From UHGV virus genome UHGV-0057186: a stretch of DNA of 64,000 bases. One strand, given 5' to 3'. Positions 49,326-64,000 of this stretch are shown in pieces; position 1 is the first letter of the stretch, and every line of letters begins with the position of its first letter. The notes under the pieces were generated by a model. It was not told where the DNA came from. It was given only the letters and a program-made list of their open reading frames with translations, and did not search any database. The translations under genes were made by a program, and so were the position numbers. The stretch comes from a virus.

Positions 49326-51130
49326 TGAAACAAAATATTAATATCGGTAATGTTGTAGATGATGGTACCGGTGACTACCTGCGTAAAGGTGGTATAAAAA
49401 TAAATGAAAACTTTGATGAGCTTTATTACGAGCTTGGTGATGGAGATGTTCCATATTCAGCCGGTGCCTGGAAAACTTATAATGCTTCATCAGGACAAAC
49501 ATTAACAGCAGAATGGGGAAAATCATATGCTATTAACACTTCATCTGGAAGAGTAACTCTACAACTTCCTAAAGGAACCGTTAATGATTATAATAAAGTA
49601 ATTAAAGCTAGGGATGTATTTGCAACATGGAATGTTAATCCAGTTACTCTAGTAGCCGCTTCTGGTGATACTATTAAAGGATCATCGTCATCAGTTGAAA
49701 TTAATGTTCAATTTAGCGATTTAGAGTTAGTTTATTGTGCTCCAGGACGTTGGGAATATGTCAAAAACAAACAAATTGACAAAATTATTAGTTCAGATAT
49801 TAGTAATGTAGCACGTAAAGAATTTTTAGTCGAAGTTCAAGGACAAACAGACTTTTTAGATGTTTTCCATGGAACTAGTTATAATGTCAATAACATCAGA
49901 GTAAAACACCGCGGTAACGAATTATATTACGGCGATGTATTTAGTGAAAACAGTGACTTTGGCTCTCCGGGGGAAAATGAAGGAGAATTAATTCCTCTTG
50001 ATGGATTTAATATTAGGTTAAGACAGCCTTGTAATATTGGCGACACTGTTCAAATTGAAACGTTTATGGATGGTGTATCACAATGGAGAAGTTCATATAC
50101 AAGACGCCAAATAAAAGTACTGGATTCAAAACTAACATCAAAGACTTCTTTAGAAGGAAGTATTTACGTTACTGATTTATCAACAATGAAATCAATTCCA
50201 TTTTCAGCTTTTGGATTAATTCCTGGCGAACCCATTAATCCTAATTCTCTTGAGGTTCGTTTTAATGGAATTTTACAGCAACAGGCTGGAACAGCTGGGT
50301 ATCCTCTGTTTTTGTGCGAAGGCGCTAATTCAGATACGCAAGAAGGATGTATATCTCTTGGTGGCGAATGGAAAGAATCAAACACAGATTATTCTATAGA
50401 ATATGAAGATGGAAAACCTGTCAGTCTTTTATTTGATAGAAAATTTGAATCAGGTGATATAATCGTTATAACATGGTTTAATAATGATTTAGGAACTCTT
50501 TTAGAAAAAGATGACATTATTGAATTAACTGATGACCGTTATGTTAGTAAAGGATCATCTACTGAAGTTACTGGGGATGTAGCCTTAACAGATTTTGATA
50601 AAATCGGTTGGCCAAATGTTGAAAAAGTTGATTCTTATACTAGAACGTATAATTCAATATCATCTATTTTCGATAGCATTTATCCTGTAGGTTCAATTTA
50701 TGAAAATGCTATAAATCCAAATAATCCGGTGACTTATATGGGATTTGGTTCATGGAAATTATTTGGTAAAGGACAAGTTTTAGTAGGATGGAATGATGAT
50801 GTTACGGATCCAAACTTTGCTTTAAACAATAATGATTTAGATTCTAGCGGAAATCCTTCACATACTGCCGGTGGAACAGTTGGAACAACATCGGTGACAC
50901 TTGAGAACGCAAATCTTCCTGCGACTAAAACTGATGAAAAAGTTTTAATTGAAGATGAAAACGGATCAGTTATTATTGGAGGTTGTCAATATGACCCAGA
51001 CGAAACTGGTCCTATATATACAAAATATCGTGAAGACTACGCAACAACAAACTCTTCACATACTCCTCCTGCTAATATTAGTAATATTCAACCGTCTATT
51101 ACTGTATACCGTTGGATAAGGATTGCATAA
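49325..51130 (+). CDS. 10: baseplate wedge protein gp10
   Basis: 601 aa; synteny. Confidence 0.9.
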   Translation: MKQNINIGNVVDDGTGDYLRKGGIKINENFDELYYELGDGDVPYSAGAWKTYNASSGQTLTAEWGKSYAINTSSGRVTLQLPKGTVNDYNKVIKARDVFATWNVNPVTLVAASGDTIKGSSSSVEINVQFSDLELVYCAPGRWEYVKNKQIDKIISSDISNVARKEFLVEVQGQTDFLDVFHGTSYNVNNIRVKHRGNELYYGDVFSENSDFGSPGENEGELIPLDGFNIRLRQPCNIGDTVQIETFMDGVSQWRSSYTRRQIKVLDSKLTSKTSLEGSIYVTDLSTMKSIPFSAFGLIPGEPINPNSLEVRFNGILQQQAGTAGYPLFLCEGANSDTQEGCISLGGEWKESNTDYSIEYEDGKPVSLLFDRKFESGDIIVITWFNNDLGTLLEKDDIIELTDDRYVSKGSSTEVTGDVALTDFDKIGWPNVEKVDSYTRTYNSISSIFDSIYPVGSIYENAINPNNPVTYMGFGSWKLFGKGQVLVGWNDDVTDPNFALNNNDLDSSGNPSHTAGGTVGTTSVTLENANLPATKTDEKVLIEDENGSVIIGGCQYDPDETGPIYTKYREDYATTNSSHTPPANISNIQPSITVYRWIRIA

Positions 51131-51789
51131 TGAGTTTACTTAATAATAAAGCGGGAGTTATTTCCCGCTTAGCAGATTTTCTTGGTTTTAGAACTAAGAA
51201 AAATGATATTTCGGTTATGAATAATCAGCCAGTAGGCGCTGTAACAATTTCACAAATAGCAAAAGGTTTTTATGACCCGAATGTAGAATCTGCTATCAAT
51301 GATGTTAGAAATATGGCAGAGCAACAGGTTGGAGCTGTATTAGTTAATATAAGCGGCGTATCTCCTACTGGCGTGCAACAAACAGACTATTGGTCATTTG
51401 AAGGAACCGTTACTGATACTTCAGCCAAACCAGGTGATCCAGTTATTGTTAACATGTTTGGTATTCCAGTTAAAGCTACTAATGGAATGACTTCAATCGA
51501 ATTCACTAGTGCCGTTAGAATAGCTCTACAGGAAATGGTTGTAAAATTTATTGCAATTGATTCGTTTGAAGACCATCCTACCATAGGAAATAAAATACAA
51601 GTTAAGTATTTAGATAACCAAGAACATATCTTAGAACAATACTCTGATAAAGGAATTACTTTCAAACAGGAAATAATTTCTCCTTCTAAACCTGGGTACG
51701 GAACTTGGCAATTATTAGGTGCGCAAACTGTCACGCTAGATAGTCACACACAACCTACAGTATTTTATTATTTTGAGAGAATAGCATGA
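51130..51789 (+). CDS. 11: baseplate wedge protein gp11 (short tail fibre attachment)
   Basis: 219 aa from ATG overlapping gene 10 stop; track start 51112 is an upstream extension. Confidence 0.85.
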   Translation: MSLLNNKAGVISRLADFLGFRTKKNDISVMNNQPVGAVTISQIAKGFYDPNVESAINDVRNMAEQQVGAVLVNISGVSPTGVQQTDYWSFEGTVTDTSAKPGDPVIVNMFGIPVKATNGMTSIEFTSAVRIALQEMVVKFIAIDSFEDHPTIGNKIQVKYLDNQEHILEQYSDKGITFKQEIISPSKPGYGTWQLLGAQTVTLDSHTQPTVFYYFERIA

Positions 51790-53336
51790 GTAACAATACA
51801 TATCAGCACGTATCAAATGAATCAAAATATGTTAAATTCGATCCAGTAGGATCGAATTTTCCTGACACTGTTACGACAGTGCAGTCTGCATTATCAAAAA
51901 TAAGCAATATCGGCGTAAATGGTATTCCTGATGCAACTATGGAAGTTAAAGGAATAGCAATGATTGCGTCAGAACAAGAGGTTTTAGATGGAACTAATAA
52001 TTCTAAAATCGTTACCCCAGCTACATTAGCAACAAGATTATTGTATCCAAATGCTACTGAAACTAAGTATGGTTTAACGCGCTATTCAACAAATGAAGAA
52101 ACATTAGAAGGATCAGATAATAATTCATCAATAACGCCACAAAAACTGAAATACCATACTGACGATGTGTTCCAAAATAGATATTCGTCTGAGTCATCAA
52201 ACGGGGTTATTAAAATATCATCTACACCTGCAGCTTTGGCCGGCGTAGATGATACTACGGCAATGACTCCATTAAAAACCCAAAAACTTGCAATAAAATT
52301 AATTTCACAAATAGCTCCTTCAGAAGACACTGCAACAGAATCGGTGAGAGGAGTAGTTCAATTATCTACTGTTGCGCAAACTCGTCAAGGAACTCTCCGC
52401 GAAGGATATGCAATTTCCCCGTATACCTTTATGAATTCTGTTGCAACACAAGAATATAAGGGTGTTATACGTTTAGGAACACAATCGGAAATTAACAGTA
52501 ATTTGGGAGATGTTGCAGTAACAGGTGAAACACTAAATGGTCGAGGAGCTACTGGTTCTATGCGCGGAGTAGTTAAATTAACGACGCAAGCCGGTATTGC
52601 CCCTGAAGGTGATAGTTCTGGAGCATTAGCATGGAACGCAGATGTAATTAATACTCGTGGTGGACAAACTATTAATGGTTCTTTAAATTTAGACCATCTT
52701 ACAGCAAACGGAATTTGGTCGCGCGGCGGAATGTGGAAAAATGGCGATCAACCTGTTGCCACTGAAAGATATGCGTCCGAAAGAATTCCAGTTGGGACTA
52801 TTATGATGTTTGCAGGTGATTCAGCACCTCCAGGTTGGATTATGTGTCATGGTGGAACCGTGTCAGGTGACCAATTTCCTGATTATAGAAACGTAGTTGG
52901 ATCAAGATTTGGTGGTGATAGGAACAATCCTGGTATTCCTGATATGCGAGGTCTTTTCGTCAGAGGAGCCGGTACTGGCGGTCATATTTTAAATCAACGA
53001 GGACAAGATGGTTATGGAAAGGATAGACTTGGTGTAGGATGTGACGGAATGCATGTTGGTGGTGTCCAGGCACAACAAATGTCATACCATAAACACGCCG
53101 GTGGTTGGGGGGAATATATCAGAAGTGAAGGCCCATTTGGCGCGTCTGTTCATCAAGGATATCTTGGAACTGGAAAACATGCCGACTGGGATAATGCTTC
53201 ATACTTCACTAATGATGGATTTGAATTAGGCGGACCGAGAGATGCCCTTGGTACACTTAATCGTGAAGGATTAATTGGTTATGAAACTAGACCATGGAAT
53301 ATATCATTAAACTATATTATTAAAGTTCATTACTAA
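51786..53336 (+). CDS. 12: short tail fibre protein gp12
   Basis: 516 aa; synteny between 11 and wac. Confidence 0.9.
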   Translation: MSNNTYQHVSNESKYVKFDPVGSNFPDTVTTVQSALSKISNIGVNGIPDATMEVKGIAMIASEQEVLDGTNNSKIVTPATLATRLLYPNATETKYGLTRYSTNEETLEGSDNNSSITPQKLKYHTDDVFQNRYSSESSNGVIKISSTPAALAGVDDTTAMTPLKTQKLAIKLISQIAPSEDTATESVRGVVQLSTVAQTRQGTLREGYAISPYTFMNSVATQEYKGVIRLGTQSEINSNLGDVAVTGETLNGRGATGSMRGVVKLTTQAGIAPEGDSSGALAWNADVINTRGGQTINGSLNLDHLTANGIWSRGGMWKNGDQPVATERYASERIPVGTIMMFAGDSAPPGWIMCHGGTVSGDQFPDYRNVVGSRFGGDRNNPGIPDMRGLFVRGAGTGGHILNQRGQDGYGKDRLGVGCDGMHVGGVQAQQMSYHKHAGGWGEYIRSEGPFGASVHQGYLGTGKHADWDNASYFTNDGFELGGPRDALGTLNREGLIGYETRPWNISLNYIIKVHY

Positions 53337-54806
<1,470 letters not shown>

Positions 54807-54837
54807 CATGGGGCCGCAAGGCCCCAAAGGATTTTAA

Positions 54838-56539
<1,702 letters not shown>

Positions 56540-56580
56540 TAAATATTATAAACTAATTAAAGCCCAGATTAGGAGAAATC

Positions 56581-59718
<3,138 letters not shown>

Positions 59719-59749
59719 ATATATTAAAGCATATTAAAGAGGATTAAAA

Positions 59750-61729
59750 ATGACTTTATTATCTCCGGGCATTGAGCTCAAAGAAACTACGGTTCAAAGC
59801 ACCGTGGTTAATAACTCTACTGGTACAGCAGCTTTGGCCGGTAAATTCCAGTGGGGTCCTGCTTTTCAGATTAAACAGGTTACAAATGAAGTAGATTTAG
59901 TTAATACTTTTGGTCAACCAACCGCTGAAACTGCTGACTATTTTATGTCTGCGATGAATTTCTTGCAGTACGGAAATGACTTACGAGTAGTTCGTGCTGT
60001 TGATAGAGATACCGCTAAAAACTCATCTCCGATTGCCGGTAATATTGAATACACTATTTCTACCCCAGGTAGTAACTACGCGGTTGGAAATAAAATCACG
60101 GTTAAGTATGTTTCAGATGATATTGAAACTGAAGGTAAAATTACCGAAGTAGACGCAGATGGAAAAATTAAGAAAATTAATATTCCTACTGCAAAAATTA
60201 TCGCTAAAGCGAAAGAAGTCGGTGAATATCCAGCACTAGGTTCTAACTGGACTGCCGAAATTTCTTCGTCTTCCTCTGGTTTAGCTGCAGTAATAACTCT
60301 TGGAAAAATTATTACTGATTCTGGTATTTTATTAGCTGAAATTGAAAATGCTGAAGCTGCTATGACAGCGGTTGACTTTCAAGCAAATCTCGAAAAATAC
60401 GGAATTCCAGGAGTAGTAGCGCTTTATCCAGGCGAGTTGGGCGATAAAATTGAAATTGAAATCGTATCTAAAGCTGACTATGCAAAAGGAGCTTCTGCAT
60501 TACTCCCAATTTATCCAGGTGGTGGTACTCGTGCATCTACTGCCAAAGCAGTGTTTGAATATGGACCACAAACTGATTCACAATACGCTATTATAGTTCG
60601 TCGCAATGATGCTATTGTTCAAAGCGTTGTTCTTTCGACAAAGCGAGGTGAAAAAGATATTTACGATAGTAACATCTATATTGATGACTTTTTCGCAAAA
60701 GGTGGTTCAGAATATATTTTCGCAACTGCGCAAAACTGGCCAGAAGGCTTCTCTGGAATTTTAACTCTGTCTGGTGGATTATCATCAAATGCTGAAGTAA
60801 CAGCAGGAGATTTGATGGAAGCTTGGGACTTCTTTGCTGACCGCGAATCTGTTGACGTTCAGTTGTTTATTGCGGGTTCTTGTGCCGGTGAATCTTTAGA
60901 AACAGCATCTACTGTCCAAAAACACGTCGTTTCAATTGGAGATGCTCGCCAAGATTGCTTAGTATTGTGCTCACCACCGCGTGAAACTGTTGTTGGAATT
61001 CCTGTAACTCGTGCAGTAGATAATTTAGTTAACTGGAGAACTGCGGCAGGTTCATACACTGATAATAACTTTAATATCAGTTCAACCTATGCAGCAATTG
61101 ATGGTAACTACAAGTATCAGTATGACAAATATAATGATGTAAATCGTTGGGTTCCATTAGCAGCTGACATTGCTGGTTTATGCGCGAGAACTGATAACGT
61201 TTCTCAGACTTGGATGTCTCCAGCTGGTTATAATCGTGGTCAGATTCTTAACGTTATTAAACTTGCTATTGAAACTCGCCAAGCTCAGCGCGACCGTTTA
61301 TATCAAGAAGCTATCAACCCAGTAACTGGTACAGGTGGTGATGGTTACGTATTGTATGGTGATAAAACAGCTACTTCTGTTCCTTCTCCATTTGATCGTA
61401 TTAACGTTCGTCGTCTGTTTAATATGTTGAAAACGAATATCGGACGTAGTTCAAAATATCGTTTGTTCGAATTAAACAACGCGTTTACTCGTTCATCATT
61501 CCGCACAGAAACTGCCCAATACTTACAGGGAATTAAAGCTCTCGGTGGAATTTATGAATATCGTGTAGTTTGCGATACAACAAATAACACTCCGTCAGTA
61601 ATTGATAGAAATGAGTTTGTTGCAACATTCTACATTCAACCGGCTAGAAGCATTAACTACATTACCTTGAACTTCGTAGCAACTGCTACTGGTGCAGATT
61701 TCGATGAGTTAACTGGTCTTGCAGGTTAA
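59750..61729 (+). CDS. 18: tail sheath protein gp18
   Basis: 659 aa; synteny and length as T4. Confidence 0.95.
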   Translation: MTLLSPGIELKETTVQSTVVNNSTGTAALAGKFQWGPAFQIKQVTNEVDLVNTFGQPTAETADYFMSAMNFLQYGNDLRVVRAVDRDTAKNSSPIAGNIEYTISTPGSNYAVGNKITVKYVSDDIETEGKITEVDADGKIKKINIPTAKIIAKAKEVGEYPALGSNWTAEISSSSSGLAAVITLGKIITDSGILLAEIENAEAAMTAVDFQANLEKYGIPGVVALYPGELGDKIEIEIVSKADYAKGASALLPIYPGGGTRASTAKAVFEYGPQTDSQYAIIVRRNDAIVQSVVLSTKRGEKDIYDSNIYIDDFFAKGGSEYIFATAQNWPEGFSGILTLSGGLSSNAEVTAGDLMEAWDFFADRESVDVQLFIAGSCAGESLETASTVQKHVVSIGDARQDCLVLCSPPRETVVGIPVTRAVDNLVNWRTAAGSYTDNNFNISSTYAAIDGNYKYQYDKYNDVNRWVPLAADIAGLCARTDNVSQTWMSPAGYNRGQILNVIKLAIETRQAQRDRLYQEAINPVTGTGGDGYVLYGDKTATSVPSPFDRINVRRLFNMLKTNIGRSSKYRLFELNNAFTRSSFRTETAQYLQGIKALGGIYEYRVVCDTTNNTPSVIDRNEFVATFYIQPARSINYITLNFVATATGADFDELTGLAG

Positions 61730-61763
61730 TACGGTGCATTCTAAAGGCCTGTTTCGGCAGGCC

Positions 61764-61831
61764 ATATAAATACACTATATCCTTAATTCTTTAATTCTAT
61801 ATGCCCTAGGTTAAACATAGGGATATAAATA
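61764..61831 (+). promoter_or_regulatory. two late promoters (TATAAATA) upstream of gene 19
   Basis: TATAAATA at 61764-61771 and 61824-61831. Confidence 0.55.
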
Positions 61832-61845
61832 CTACAGAGGCTAAT

Positions 61846-62337
61846 ATGTTTGTAGATGATGTAACACGAGCGTTTGAATCTGGTGATTTTGCTCGACCTA
61901 ACTTATTCCAAGTAGAAATTTCTTATCTTGGACAAAATTTTACGTTTCAATGTAAAGCCACTGCTTTACCAGCTGGTATTGTAGAAAAAATTCCAGTCGG
62001 TTTTATGAACCGTAAAATTAACGTAGCAGGCGATCGTACATTCGATGACTGGACTGTTACAGTAATGAACGATGAGGCACATGATGCTCGTCAGAAGTTT
62101 GTTGATTGGCAAAGCATTGCTGCTGGGCAAGGGAACGAAATTACTGGTGGAAAACCAGCAGAGTATAAAAAGAGCGCTGTTGTTCGCCAATATGCTCGTG
62201 ACGCTAAAACTGTAACAAAAGAAGTTGAAATTAAAGGCCTGTGGCCTACTAACGTGGGTGAACTTCAATTAGATTGGGATTCAAACAATGAAATCCAAAC
62301 CTTTGAAGTAACTCTCGCTCTCGATTATTGGGAATAA
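61846..62337 (+). CDS. 19: tail tube protein gp19
   Basis: 163 aa; synteny and length as T4. Confidence 0.95.
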   Translation: MFVDDVTRAFESGDFARPNLFQVEISYLGQNFTFQCKATALPAGIVEKIPVGFMNRKINVAGDRTFDDWTVTVMNDEAHDARQKFVDWQSIAAGQGNEITGGKPAEYKKSAVVRQYARDAKTVTKEVEIKGLWPTNVGELQLDWDSNNEIQTFEVTLALDYWE

Positions 62338-62369
62338 AATGAATGGGGAGAAATCCCCATCCTGCTTAA

Positions 62370-63995
<1,626 letters not shown>

Positions 63996-64000
63996 TGGAT

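Noticed and set aside
40013-52330. Minus-strand ORFs inside plus-strand late genes (40013..40222, 42028..42246, 42033..42227, 43829..44026, 46128..46487, 47100..47300, 47744..48079, 48528..48713, 49338..49526, 50164..50385, 51387..51734, 52082..52330)
   Set aside because: Antisense shadow ORFs within long, well-supported structural genes; no start signals.
54807-54830. GGGGCC-GCAA-GGCCCC hairpin after wac, and GGCCTG-TTTCGG-CAGGCC after gene 18 (61746-61763), as intrinsic terminators
   Set aside because: Stable hairpins but not followed by a U-run; possibly RNA-stability elements, so not called as terminators.

Overview
This window is a contiguous segment of a T4-like (Tevenvirinae) myovirus genome, closely related to but not identical to coliphage T4. 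The lysozyme e, endonuclease VII, gp17 and gp20 products are near-identical to the T4 proteins as I remember them, but nrdD is intron-less and lysozyme differs at its C-terminus. Positions 1-39140 are a minus-strand early/middle block: nrdH-nrdG-nrdD, a free-standing GIY-YIG homing-endonuclease gene, gene 49, nrdC, a long run of ORFan genes, rI, tk, a macro-domain gene, regB, a GrcA-like glycyl-radical protein, denV, e, nudE, a cluster of 10 minus-strand tRNA genes, several internal-protein-like genes, 57B (Acb1-like), 57A and genes 1, 3, 2, 4. Positions 39188-63995 are the plus-strand late morphogenesis block: genes 53, 5, 5.1, 5.4, 6-12, wac, 13-20. All calls rest on reading the six-frame translations, motifs and remembered T4 synteny; no database search was run. 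I found no single clearly novel multi-gene system. The most notable non-standard signals are: a dispersed family of early-promoter cassettes with covarying inverted repeats that pair with the downstream ribosome-binding site; a Pol-beta-type nucleotidyltransferase in an ORFan block; five genes with capsid-targeting N-termini; a repeated gene-junction module in the e.x region; and two tRNAs (Tyr, Asn) beyond the eight I recall for T4.
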